Positions 10,119-19,954 of a DNA stretch of 64,000 nt are shown here, piece by piece (positions within the stretch are counted from its first letter, which is position 1; each line of letters opens with the position of its first letter). The stretch lies in NCBI GenBank assembly GCA_965206845.1, contig OZ242221.1:1408001-1472000 (forward strand), written 5' to 3'. The DNA comes from Cenarchaeum sp. Its GTDB lineage: Archaea > Thermoproteota > Nitrososphaeria > Nitrososphaerales > Nitrosopumilaceae. The notes under the pieces were generated by a model. It ran no database searches. It saw nothing but the letters and a program-made list of their open reading frames with translations, and was not told where the DNA came from. Both the position numbers and the translations under genes were made by a program.

Positions 10119-10620
10119 TGGGCGGTCTTGTGAATCCTGTCCGCGGCAGGCGGGGGCATGCATGCCATACTCGGAGACCACATTCGGCGCGGCTCTGCGG
10201 CTCCGACGTCTGTAGCAAGGTGTGTCATTGCGATCCCTGCCCTGCACGCCACATCTGCTCACCGTCATTATCCGAATCGGCGCCACTCCGGCGGGGTTCA
10301 CACTGGCGCCCGTAAGCGTATTGTGCGGCAGCCGCGAGTGCCACGCATTACCTGCTGCCTGCCCTGCCAAGGATCCTCCCCCGAGAGGATGCGGCCCTGA
10401 TCTTTTACTCGCACCTTATGTCTTTGGCGTGCTTGAGAACCCTGCGGCTAAGCTGCCTGAAGACTGGGTGCAGGGGGATCTTCGTCCGGGGGCGCCTGCG
10501 AACCCTACGGTTGCAGCAGTTGCAGAACCAGACCCTGGAATCGTCGGTGGCCGGCAGGCAGTCCCCTGTGTGCGCCCCCCGGCAGTCAATCCATACGCCG
10601 CACGTCTCGCACCTGCCCTG

Positions 10621-10758
10621 AGATGTGATTCGTAATTAGCACGCAGGCACATTAGAGCACGATCTTTGGCATAATCATACGAAAGTTGCATGCTTTGGAG
10701 CACACATCTGTAAGATTATGGGCATCGAAGGCCCGATTCTTAATTGCAGATCATGTCT
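10621..10758 (+). mobile_element. 138-bp MITE, copy 1
   Basis: Imperfect terminal inverted repeats AGATGTGATTCGTAATTA / TAATTGCAGATCATGTCT; CTG duplicated on both sides; near-identical copies at 57077 and 58150. Confidence 0.92.
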
Positions 10759-10944
10759 CTGTCCTGCCTCGAATCCTCTACCGCTGGCGGGCATTTTTAC
10801 ACCAAATCTACTGCATATCCTGCCGCATGCTCTCCCCTTCCCCAAGATGCCTGTGGATGGCTTGCAAGCTATATGGGGATCATGTCCGGGACTCCTCTGG
10901 GGATTGAAGCTTTCGCAATCCGGGAAATCACGACATGCAGATGT

Positions 10945-11394
10945 CTAGAGCACCCTTATCAGGAACCTGGCCACCATGTCGCCCATCTCGGCCACCCGCG
11001 TCAGTGTATCCGCAAAGTCCTGCTGGTTGAACCTCTCCTCGTCATCGATTACGCCATAAACCCCGACTATGATCCTGCCAGACTCGTGCATTACCCTGCC
11101 TATTGCCCCGATGGAACGGCAGTAGTCCGCCACATCCTTCTCGAACCTGCTCCTCCGTGACTCGACGAGCCTCAGGTACCTGGCATGCTGGTTGTTCCTC
11201 AGGGGCACCATGCTGCCCGCCACCAGCGCGACACTTTGCTGTACCGGCTGGAACACCTCGATCTGGTGCCCAAAGGAGCCCGCATGCCTTATCAGTACGG
11301 TGAACACGTTCCTGTCATTCTCCTGATGCGAGAACCTATAGTTCTCGTGCGTCAGCCACCGCTCTACGTCACGCTGCAGCCGTGCCGGATCCAT
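10945..11394 (-). CDS. Conserved hypothetical protein (DUF2299-like)
   Basis: 149-aa ORF beginning ..VERWLTHENY; resembles archaeal DUF2299 proteins. Confidence 0.6.
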   Translation of the reverse strand: MDPARLQRDVERWLTHENYRFSHQENDRNVFTVLIRHAGSFGHQIEVFQPVQQSVALVAGSMVPLRNNQHARYLRLVESRRSRFEKDVADYCRSIGAIGRVMHESGRIIVGVYGVIDDEERFNQQDFADTLTRVAEMGDMVARFLIRVL

Positions 11395-11445
11395 ACGGTA
11401 CGGTGCGCGGCGGTCTTCTTATGGCTGTTGTTATCGATCCCTGTG

Positions 11446-12507
11446 CTATGACCGCTCGCGGAGCCAGCGCCCCAGCTCCGGCAGGACAGTCCTCTGGGAG
11501 AGCGAGCTGGCGATCATGCCCACGTGGCCTATGGGGTATATCCTCATTGCCTTGTCGGCGCTTCCCACGGCATAGTACAGCGGCATGCTGCACTCTGGTG
11601 ACACCAGGTGATCACCCGCTGCGACCTGTATGAATATCGGCATGGTGATATTCTGCAGGGATACGCGCTCCCCGCTCACATGCATCTCGTTCTTTATCAG
11701 GAGGTTGTCCTGATAGATGTTCTTTATCCACTGACGGAACAGCTCCCCGGCTATGGGCGGCGTGTCCATCAGCCACTTCTCCACTCGGATAAAGTTGTCC
11801 ACAAAGCGCTTGTTCTCTATATTGTCGAAAAAGTTGATGTACTTTGTTATTCCCTGCTCGAACGGCTTTAGCACCGAAAAGCAGTAGTACATGAACTCCG
11901 GCGGCATGTTACCGATTGTAGAGAACATCTTGTCCACATCCACATGCTTTGCCAGGTTGCTGATTACCGTGGTGTCGCGCCATCCGTCGATGACTGGCGC
12001 GGTGGCTACCAGGTTCCGCACATTCTCCGGATGCAGTGCAGTGTACGCGGCGGCAATGGTGCCGCCTGTGCAGTACCCCTGCAGGGATACGCTGTCCACG
12101 TTGGCATCTCGTTGCACAAATCTGATGCAGTGATCCAGGTACCCGTTCACATAGTCGTCCAAGCCCAGGTACTTGTCAGTCTGGCCCGGCGTTCCCCAGT
12201 CTATCATGTACACGTCAAACCCCTGATCCAGAAGGTTGCGTACCCAGCTCCTCTCGGGGTGTATGTCAAGTATGTGGTATCTGTTTACTATGGCGTATGA
12301 TATGACCAGCGGGGTTCTGTGTTGCTTCTCCGTGCGTCTCTTGTAGTGTAGCAGTCGGATCATGTCTTCTTGGTACGCCACATCGTACTCTGTGGTCTCG
12401 AGGGACACTTCGTCTAGCGCGGCAACCATCTTTGGCGCATCGGCAACGTGCCTGCCAAATCTTAAGGCGTCCTCAATTATCTTGGGATCAACGCTTACCT
12501 GCATCAT
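11446..12507 (-). CDS. phaC: Class III polyhydroxyalkanoate synthase subunit PhaC
   Basis: Lipase-box-like GYCTGG, IDWG, DHLV and GHVG motifs; adjacent to phaE. Confidence 0.95.
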   Translation of the reverse strand: MMQVSVDPKIIEDALRFGRHVADAPKMVAALDEVSLETTEYDVAYQEDMIRLLHYKRRTEKQHRTPLVISYAIVNRYHILDIHPERSWVRNLLDQGFDVYMIDWGTPGQTDKYLGLDDYVNGYLDHCIRFVQRDANVDSVSLQGYCTGGTIAAAYTALHPENVRNLVATAPVIDGWRDTTVISNLAKHVDVDKMFSTIGNMPPEFMYYCFSVLKPFEQGITKYINFFDNIENKRFVDNFIRVEKWLMDTPPIAGELFRQWIKNIYQDNLLIKNEMHVSGERVSLQNITMPIFIQVAAGDHLVSPECSMPLYYAVGSADKAMRIYPIGHVGMIASSLSQRTVLPELGRWLRERS

Positions 12508-13189
12508 CTGACCTCACACGCAGTTTGGGTTCTGCCTTGGACGCTTCTGTGACGTCTGCCTTGCTCTGTCTCCCAGGCGCGGCTTCGGCGGCCTTTGCGC
12601 CATCTGCCATACCCCGTCCTTTGGGCCCTGCTGCGATCCTGGAGGTCTTTGCGTCATCCGTCTTGCTCTCTCTTTTAAACAACAGCTGCGACTCGAGAGC
12701 CGATATCCGTTTCTTCAGATCGTGGATCTGCCGGCACACTCCATCGATCTCCTTCTTGTCTGGCAGGTTTGCCGACTTTAGCAGCATGCCTGTTATGTTG
12801 TTCCAGTGGTTGGCAAGTTCCATCTCCTGCGCCACCAGCTTTCCGTAGTTCTTGCCAAACCTTTTCGAGCCAAAAAGCTCGGTAAAGTCGTTGTCCAGTA
12901 TGGCCGTCCAGACTCCCTTGTACGCCTTGAACTGTTCTGCATCCTGTGGCACCTGCGGCACCTTTGCGTTGACCTTCTTCTGGGCATCAAACCAGGTGTC
13001 TGCCAGCTGCTTGTAGTATAGCAGCAGCGAGTCGTTGAACTCCTTGAGCTGGGCAGTCGACTCTGCCACCTCTGCTGCGATCCTCTTTGAGTACTCGGCG
13101 TAGTTGCCTATGGGTCCCATCGGTGCTAGGATCTGTGGCTTGCCGGACATCATGCGAACCAAGCCTGCCCAGAGGAACGGCGGATGCAT
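12488..13189 (-). CDS. phaE: PHA synthase subunit PhaE (start uncertain)
   Basis: Helical protein with NLPDKKEIDGV..IHDLKKRI C-terminal motif; overlaps phaC. Confidence 0.8.
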   Translation of the reverse strand: MHPPFLWAGLVRMMSGKPQILAPMGPIGNYAEYSKRIAAEVAESTAQLKEFNDSLLLYYKQLADTWFDAQKKVNAKVPQVPQDAEQFKAYKGVWTAILDNDFTELFGSKRFGKNYGKLVAQEMELANHWNNITGMLLKSANLPDKKEIDGVCRQIHDLKKRISALESQLLFKRESKTDDAKTSRIAAGPKGRGMADGAKAAEAAPGRQSKADVTEASKAEPKLRVRSDDAGKR

Positions 13190-13439
13190 GTGGCACTCTT
13201 TGGGATCTGCCGGATCCAGATGGGTGTCACTTTCAGTTTTACTGTCATTAAGAAATGTCTAATATGAGCAATATATATTCCTCTCGGTACATACGCCAAA
13301 TGGAACTGCTCTGTCACGTGGACGGCTCTGCCGTATCCACGGCAGGTGCCCTGGCGCTGATCCGTCTTTTGCGGCCATGATCCGGCCGGGTAGGGGACGC
13401 GAGCGCCGGTGCAATACAAGCGGCGGCCCCTGGCCGATA

Positions 13440-14258
13440 CTACACTTGGTACTTCTCCAGTACTCCGGACTTGTTCCTGTAGGCGTGTCCGAACTCGGCG
13501 TTTGCCATGAGGTGCTCCCCGTCAAAGACTGTTCCATCCTTGCATACGAGATCCTCACCTATGCAGCAGCTGCCGCATATCCCGACCCCGCACTTCATCA
13601 TGCGCTCAAGGCTGGCCTGGACAAAGATTCCCCTGGAGTGCGCAGACCGCACGGTCTTGTACATCATAAGCTCGGGCCCACAGACGTACACCCCGTCATA
13701 ACGGGTTCTGCCGACCATCTCCTCTACCAGGTCGGTCACAAGTCCTCTCACCCCGCAGCTCCCGTCGTCTGTGGTGACGATCACCCTGTGGGGGTTCTCT
13801 GGCAGGAGCCCCTCTGCCAGGCCGTCAAAGAAGACCTCGTCTTTTGACCTCGCCCCTATGAGGACCGTGATGTCATCCTCCGGCCTGACCGCAGTCAGCA
13901 GCCGCATCATGGGAACAAGTCCCGTCCCGCCCCCGACCAGCAAGATCCTTCCACTTTTGAGATCAAACGAGTTTCCATAGGGGCCCCGGACCCCGATCTG
14001 CCCCCCGACGCCCGTGTGGAACAGTCCCGATGAGGCGATCCCGTGCCGCCTTATCGTGAATGCCGCCTTGCCGGACACCTTGGCGATCATCACGCTCATG
14101 GGCAGCTCGCCGACTCCGGGAACCCAGACCATCGCAAACTGCCCGGGAAGGGCCTCTGCCATTACGCGATCAGAGAAGACCAGCGTCCTGACCGTGGGGG
14201 TCTCGTCGATAACCTCCTCGACTGTGACGATCGTCGGGTGGTTACGATCCCTTCGCAA
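13440..14258 (-). CDS. pyrK: Dihydroorotate dehydrogenase electron transfer subunit
   Basis: RGPYGN, GGGTG, CGPE and CGVGICGSC..C 2Fe-2S motifs. Confidence 0.95.
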   Translation of the reverse strand: MRRDRNHPTIVTVEEVIDETPTVRTLVFSDRVMAEALPGQFAMVWVPGVGELPMSVMIAKVSGKAAFTIRRHGIASSGLFHTGVGGQIGVRGPYGNSFDLKSGRILLVGGGTGLVPMMRLLTAVRPEDDITVLIGARSKDEVFFDGLAEGLLPENPHRVIVTTDDGSCGVRGLVTDLVEEMVGRTRYDGVYVCGPELMMYKTVRSAHSRGIFVQASLERMMKCGVGICGSCCIGEDLVCKDGTVFDGEHLMANAEFGHAYRNKSGVLEKYQV

Positions 14259-15153
14259 GCCCCACCATCTCCTCTATCCTTGTGATCCCCTTTCCCTTCA
14301 TGTATTCCAGTATTCCGTGGTTGATCGACCCAAAGACATCGATCCAGTTGGTGCCCACGGCGCTCCCTAGCTGCACGGCGCTTGCCCCGGCCAAAAAGAG
14401 CTCCACTGTGTCCTCCCACGAGGATATGCCGCCGCACCCGATGACCGGGATGTCGTACCTGGAGGATATCTCGTAGACGCATCGGAGCGCGATCTGCTTG
14501 ATGGGGGTTCCCGACAGTCCGCCGAACCTGTTGCTGAGGATCGGCCTCTGGGTCTGGACATCTATTGCCATTGCGCGAACCGTGTTGATTGCGGTTACGG
14601 CATCGGCCCCCGAGTCCACCGCAGCCCCCACGGTGTCTAGGTAGTGCGTTGTGCCTAGGCCGACCTTGGCTATGACCGGAATACCGGTGGCGCCCTTGAC
14701 GGCCGCTATGATCCTCCCGACCAGCTCTGGATCGTCGCCGACCTCCAGGCCGACCCTTGCCACATGGGGGCACGACAGGTTCAGCTCGTACGCCGCGACC
14801 CGACATCCCTCAAACTGCCCTATCATGTCGGTAAAGTCCTCGGGTGTGGAGCCCACCAAGCTGACGACTATCGGGACGCTGCGGTTGGGCCTGATCATCC
14901 CTGCAAAGGCTGGAGCCCCGGGGTTGGACAGCCCCACCGCGTTGATCCAGCCCCCGCCCTTTACGCTGATTACGGTGGGATTGGGATATCCCTCCCACGG
15001 CTCCCTGCTCAGCGACTTTGTCACCACGGCCCCGGCGCCGGCGCGGTAAACCCTTCTGAACACGTCCAGAGAGATTCCCAGGATCCCTGATGCCAGCATC
15101 ACGGGCCCGTCCAGGCGCATCGATCCTATGGAAGTTGCCAGACTGGGCTCCAT
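14242..15153 (-). CDS. pyrD: Dihydroorotate dehydrogenase, family 1B catalytic subunit
   Basis: NAVGLSNPG, ELNLSCPH, GGLSG and IGCGGI motifs. Confidence 0.96.
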   Translation of the reverse strand: MEPSLATSIGSMRLDGPVMLASGILGISLDVFRRVYRAGAGAVVTKSLSREPWEGYPNPTVISVKGGGWINAVGLSNPGAPAFAGMIRPNRSVPIVVSLVGSTPEDFTDMIGQFEGCRVAAYELNLSCPHVARVGLEVGDDPELVGRIIAAVKGATGIPVIAKVGLGTTHYLDTVGAAVDSGADAVTAINTVRAMAIDVQTQRPILSNRFGGLSGTPIKQIALRCVYEISSRYDIPVIGCGGISSWEDTVELFLAGASAVQLGSAVGTNWIDVFGSINHGILEYMKGKGITRIEEMVGLAKGS

Positions 15154-15438
15154 CTTGATCCGTTGACCACGCTTTGAATATAACGTTTGGCTGCGGGTTG
15201 CGGTGTTTGCTGCCTGATCGCCCTAGATCTGCCAATGCGCTTTATGATCGCAGCAAACGCAAGTATTGCAGTGCTCGTACTAGAGATCCAGCAGCCGATC
15301 CGACGAATCGGTATCCATTTTGGAAAATTTTTTGTGGAAAACAGACTTGAACCGAAGACTGTGTTGTATAGATCAGAATTAAATAGCAATCATATTTGCT
15401 TGAACACTATTAAGTAAGATTGTGCCATATACAAAACT

Positions 15439-16320
15439 ATGATTGTAGGGGAGGGAATCGTAGAGCAGATAGAGATAAAGAGAATAAACTCCACAGCGCT
15501 GTTGGTTAGGCCCGACAACGCCTCTACAAAACAGAACAAGTCGGTACGGGAACTCGTTTTGAGCATCAGGGAGCACGGACTTATCCAGCCAATAACGGTT
15601 CGGCCCATGAATTCCGGTTTTGAGGTTGTAGCCGGGCACAGGAGGCTAAAGGCATGCAAACTTCTTCGGTGGAAGAGAATCCCGTGCACCGTGCGATCGC
15701 TGTCCGACAAGGCCGCATTTGAAATCCAGCTGGTGGAGAACATACAGAGGGAGAGTCTTGATCCTATCGAGGAAGCCGAGTCGTTTAAAAAATATGTTCT
15801 GGACTATGGCTGGGGCGGAGTTAGCCACCTAGCCCGGGTTATTTCAAAGAGCGAGCAATATGTTTCGGGCAGAATTCAGATACTCCGACTGCCAGAAGGG
15901 ATCCTGACCGAGATTGCACAAAAGAACCTGAGTGTCTCCCATGCAATAGAACTGATCAACCTGGATGAAAACAACCAGCAGGTTATGACGAACGCCGTCA
16001 TAAACAAGAGTTTAACCGTGCGAGGTCTCAGGGAGATGATCCGCCCCAACAGGGGCCAAGAGTCCCAAGAATACTTTGACCATTCACCATCGTCTGAGAA
16101 CAGGGTGACGGTGAAAAAGATCAAGATGTTCAAAAAATCCCTGACCGTCTTGAGAATGTCACTGGCAAATATGGACAGCTTGATCAACGAGGTCAACAAC
16201 ACTCTGAGCAGTGAGGAGAAGGTCGATCTTGTAAGAGCTCTGATGGCATACAGAATCCAGATTCATTCAATGATTGACGAGTGCCTCAGGTCAACCAGTG
16301 CTCTAAAAAGAAAACTCTGA
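15439..16320 (+). CDS. ParB/Spo0J-family protein
   Basis: SIREHGLIQPITVRP, VAGHRRLKA and ENIQRESLDPIEEA motifs followed by an HTH. Confidence 0.92.
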   Translation: MIVGEGIVEQIEIKRINSTALLVRPDNASTKQNKSVRELVLSIREHGLIQPITVRPMNSGFEVVAGHRRLKACKLLRWKRIPCTVRSLSDKAAFEIQLVENIQRESLDPIEEAESFKKYVLDYGWGGVSHLARVISKSEQYVSGRIQILRLPEGILTEIAQKNLSVSHAIELINLDENNQQVMTNAVINKSLTVRGLREMIRPNRGQESQEYFDHSPSSENRVTVKKIKMFKKSLTVLRMSLANMDSLINEVNNTLSSEEKVDLVRALMAYRIQIHSMIDECLRSTSALKRKL

Positions 16321-16329
16321 TCCTGGTAA

Positions 16330-16740
16330 TTAGACTCCTGAGCCGCACAGGCAGCGCCTGCGTTACCGGTAGTCTGCAACCGCGTTCCTGCCCATCCGTG
16401 TCGGCGATGATCCCCTTCCGGTTTCCCGAGGAGTCCTCTCAGGATGTCTTTTGTTTTGGACGCGATCCAAAAGGACTGCGGGCGCACTGATTACGGAGTG
16501 GGGCCGGCTCCTGGCTGCCACGTTGTAGCCTGTCAGCCCGTGGATCTTCTTTGGAACCACTTCTGCCCCCGCCGCCACGGGCAGGCTCCTCCCTTGGAGC
16601 ATCTCCCAAACGTCGCCGATGCCTCTCCTGTGCACCGGGGTGTGCGCCATCGCGAGGCCCTTCCTCTTCCGTACGGCGGGTCTCTGCTCGTGGATGAAAC
16701 CTGCAACATTGACTTTTCATGCATTGCCGATCCTCTCTAG
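16330..16740 (-). pseudogene. Possible degenerate IS6-like transposase remnant
   Basis: Fragments in different frames (QKWFQR; FWIASKTKDIL) weakly recall archaeal IS6 transposases; no intact ORF. Confidence 0.25.
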
Positions 16741-16910
16741 GGTGCCCGCTATCTCGGGTCGGCCTCGTCCGTTAGTGCCCTGTCCGCTCCAAGTGGCCTG
16801 AAGGCCAGAGCCACATGATGTAGACCACTTGCTCGCGCGCTACCCATGGGCTTGTGCCCTACCGCAGGGGCTCCCGGCTGTTGGCATGCGCCCGAATTGG
16901 CAGGAGAATC

Positions 16911-17267
16911 TCAGACAAGCTGCAGACCTGCAAAATAGTCCAAAACCATCGATATGTCCCCCCAAACTGACTTTTCGTCCATCCCTATTATGATGCTGTT
17001 CTCGTTTGTGTTGACGACAACAGTCTTTATGTCATTCATCTCTACTAGCATGAATTTTACGTTCTCAAATGCCAGGACGCTGGTGGAAAAAGACAATTTT
17101 CTAAACTGCTCTTGGATCTCATCGCCAGAGATACCTGCGGATTCATGCATGTTTTGGTAGACCAGTTCCCCATACAGATTAATTATAGCAATTGAGCATA
17201 TGCTACCACTCAAGGAAAGAATGTCATCGGCCATCTTGGAATAAAGAACAGTTTGCTGATTTGGCAT
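16911..17267 (-). CDS. Small roadblock/LC7-like protein
   Basis: ILSLSGSICSIAIINLYGELV start resembles the 49302 protein; follows the Lrp gene. Confidence 0.6.
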   Translation of the reverse strand: MPNQQTVLYSKMADDILSLSGSICSIAIINLYGELVYQNMHESAGISGDEIQEQFRKLSFSTSVLAFENVKFMLVEMNDIKTVVVNTNENSIIIGMDEKSVWGDISMVLDYFAGLQLV

Positions 17268-17311
17268 TATACACTACTATATGCGAGTTAATCTATTTTA
17301 AGATTTGTTTT

Positions 17312-17920
17312 TCAGGAAGTGTCACTTCCTTGTATGGCATTTTTCAAGGAAATTCTTTCCTTTATAGAAGTGTCTCCTATCCACGTTTCAAGAAATTGGT
17401 AAAACTCCTTCTTCGAGTGGTTTGCCGCATGGGCAAAGTCAGGTCCCTTGATCGGGGTCAGATCAAATGCCACATATTTGTCTATGACGTCTCCAAACAG
17501 GGTTCGATAGAAGTCACTTTCCAGATTTGCCACTTTTGTGTTTGGAAAAACCTTGATGTTGATCCAGTCGTACTCCCCTCTTGTCCTGGCGGCAAAGGCG
17601 GCAAATGGGGCAGCGCTGAGATAACTTGTAAACATTGCCACGCGTTCCTCAAACAGTTTGGAAGTCTTGAAGGATATCAGTATAAACCGAATAACCTTTC
17701 TCCCGTAATCCTGGGGTCCGGTCTTTAGGGTATACCCGGAGATGGCCCCCTCCTGTTCCAGTCGATGAATTCTTCCCAGGATGGCCCGTTCAGTTCGGTC
17801 TATGCCGTTGCGCCTAAACTCGACTGCAATCTCCTTGGTGGACACCTTTGCGTTTTTAGAAAGACATGACAGAATGATCTCGTCCATCTTGGAGATTACC
17901 AACGAATGCATTACCCGCAA
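17312..17920 (-). CDS. Lrp/AsnC-family transcriptional regulator
   Basis: MDEIILSCLSKNAKVSTKEIA..RIHRLEQEGAISGY HTH; TRGEYD RAM-domain motif. Confidence 0.85.
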   Translation of the reverse strand: MRVMHSLVISKMDEIILSCLSKNAKVSTKEIAVEFRRNGIDRTERAILGRIHRLEQEGAISGYTLKTGPQDYGRKVIRFILISFKTSKLFEERVAMFTSYLSAAPFAAFAARTRGEYDWINIKVFPNTKVANLESDFYRTLFGDVIDKYVAFDLTPIKGPDFAHAANHSKKEFYQFLETWIGDTSIKERISLKNAIQGSDTS

Positions 17921-18312
17921 CTGATATTAACACTTTACCAATTCCGGGCTTTTGAACTAGCGTGACTTGGTTCCAGATCCCATGATCCCATACGTGATCC
18001 CTGATCCATACTTGGTTTGCAGGCATGCCCGAGTCTGTCACGGGAACATGGCGACCAGAAAAAGCAGACTCTGGCTCCCTGCTGCACTTGCATGCTGTCG
18101 CGCCCGCCGCCCATTCAGGAGTAGGTGCACGCATTCGCTACGCTTGGCTCAACGCGGCATGTGGCCCCGTATTCACATTTTGTGTAGTCGGGCTTCTGCC
18201 CGCGATCATGCGAGCGGATCTGGGAGAACTCCAGCAAGTCACGTTAACACAAGAGAACCCGGCAACTAAGAGTTAAATAAAATACTGTTACCTTCTGAAT
18301 GGAATCAAAAAA

Positions 18313-18423
18313 ATGAAGGATGACTCAAAAAAGAAAAAGACATCGGGAAAGTTTTGGAAGATTTATGGGATTATCTTTGTCACAGGGGCAGTGATCCTGT
18401 TCCTGTTGGGCTGGGTAGTCTAG
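18313..18423 (+). CDS. 36-aa single-pass membrane protein (not in ORF track)
   Basis: MKDDSKKKKTSGKFWKIYGIIFVTGAVILFLLGWVV: basic N-terminus plus one hydrophobic helix; TTAAATAAA box at about 18273. Confidence 0.6.
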   Translation: MKDDSKKKKTSGKFWKIYGIIFVTGAVILFLLGWVV

Positions 18424-18617
18424 GCTGGAGAGAGCATACATGAAAAAAGACCGGTTTTGGCGGTAGCCGGTGCAAAGGTGGCACGCGGGGACCCTGCCAG
18501 GCCGGCTGTGGCGGGTAGTACCGCTGCCTCAATGCCGAAAGGCCAACGGGTCTCTTTGCGCCAGATGATCGGCCAAATAATCTGTTAAATACCGAAAGTT
18601 GGGTAACTCTTTTTGGG

Positions 18618-19478
18618 TTGAAGTATGACATTTTAGAGGATCGGGAAGATGTTGATGTCCTGTGGAAGGGCGTAGTAAAACTGGATCAGAGCTTTATTGA
18701 CTGCATGTCGGAGCCAGTCACACAGGATGGACTGAAGATCTATGCCGCCTACGACCGCAGGTTTGGCAGGGAAGACAATGCCCAGTTTGACAATCCCGGA
18801 CTATCTAGAGACTTTCCCAACGAGGTAACCATAGTCCTCAAGGGCGACAGGCACATGAAGTTTATGATGTGCTCCGTGTTCAGGAGACAGGAAGATTTTG
18901 AGGCAGGAGGACTCTTGCAAAAAACCGTCAAAAAGAAGAGAACTGTGACCAAGGGATTCCTTCTGGAGCCGTTGCCGAATACGACCATATCGGATCATGC
19001 CTGTCTGTCCACATTCCAGTTTGACAACGAAAACTCGGACAACCAAACGACAATCCAGTTTGACACGGTGGAGCAAAAATCATCCCTGATTCTGGAAAAG
19101 ATGGGCTGTGCTGCCTTTGCCTCTGGCTCGCAGGGGACCCACATCACCTTTGCAAAGGATCCAAAAAAATCGGTAACCGTCTTCTTTGTAGCATCAGACC
19201 AAAAACCCTTCATTGCAAGATTGGATGCAAACCTGGGTAGAAGGAGGATCATTTGCAGAAGCGGCGGGATGAGATCGGAGGAGATAAAGCCGGCAGACCG
19301 CTTGCAGGCCCCGGCACCAAGCCAGCGCCAGTCCGTGCTGGCACCGCCGCTTGATGAACCGTTAAAAATTCTCAACAACAGGCTCGCTAAGGGAGAAATT
19401 ACGATTTACGAGTATGAGAGTATTCGAAAGGCAATGGAGAGCAAAGCGGGTCAGTCCTCCACCGATTGGTGGGCATAG
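18618..19478 (+). CDS. Hypothetical protein with C-terminal SHOCT motif
   Basis: PLKILNNRLAKGEITIYEYESIRKAM SHOCT-like motif; TTAAATA box upstream. Confidence 0.75.
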   Translation: MKYDILEDREDVDVLWKGVVKLDQSFIDCMSEPVTQDGLKIYAAYDRRFGREDNAQFDNPGLSRDFPNEVTIVLKGDRHMKFMMCSVFRRQEDFEAGGLLQKTVKKKRTVTKGFLLEPLPNTTISDHACLSTFQFDNENSDNQTTIQFDTVEQKSSLILEKMGCAAFASGSQGTHITFAKDPKKSVTVFFVASDQKPFIARLDANLGRRRIICRSGGMRSEEIKPADRLQAPAPSQRQSVLAPPLDEPLKILNNRLAKGEITIYEYESIRKAMESKAGQSSTDWWA

Positions 19479-19550
19479 ACAGCTGAAACAATCCGGACAC
19501 AGGATAATTCCCCAAGTTGTGGCACGGTTCGTATCTGTGAGGGTGGCTAT

Positions 19551-19645
19551 GCGTAGCGGGGGCCATAAAGATCCGTCGTTTTTCAAGCGAAACGTACTTC
19601 AAATCGGACGTAGAAATGACGGATCAATGTGGCCGCCACTATGAG
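19551..19645. repeat. Long imperfect inverted repeat (hairpin or MITE-like)
   Basis: CGTAGCGGGGGCCATAAAGATCCGTCGTTTTTC matches the reverse complement of GTAGAAATGACGGATCAATGTGGCCGCCACTATG with some mismatches. Confidence 0.65.
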
Positions 19646-19954
19646 CAGTCATGCCACTCCAACAGGCTGCGGCTCCGCCCCGAAAACTAGCCAGTTCACG
19701 GTTTGCCGCCTGACAGGATCATCTGCGACACCTGGTGCCTAGTCTGTACTTGTCCAGCAGGCTGCGCGTCCGGTTGACGATGCAGGCTCCCGCTCCGGAT
19801 CCATTCAGTTCCTCAGATGTTGCCTCACTCCACTCACAAGGGCAGGCCCTTTGGATCATGTGCAGTTGGGGATCGGAGTGTCGCGCGGATGGGTGCCGTC
19901 ATGCCTTCACGGGAACCAAGGAAAACTGGTTGTCTCCCAAAATGGGAGGGCGGC

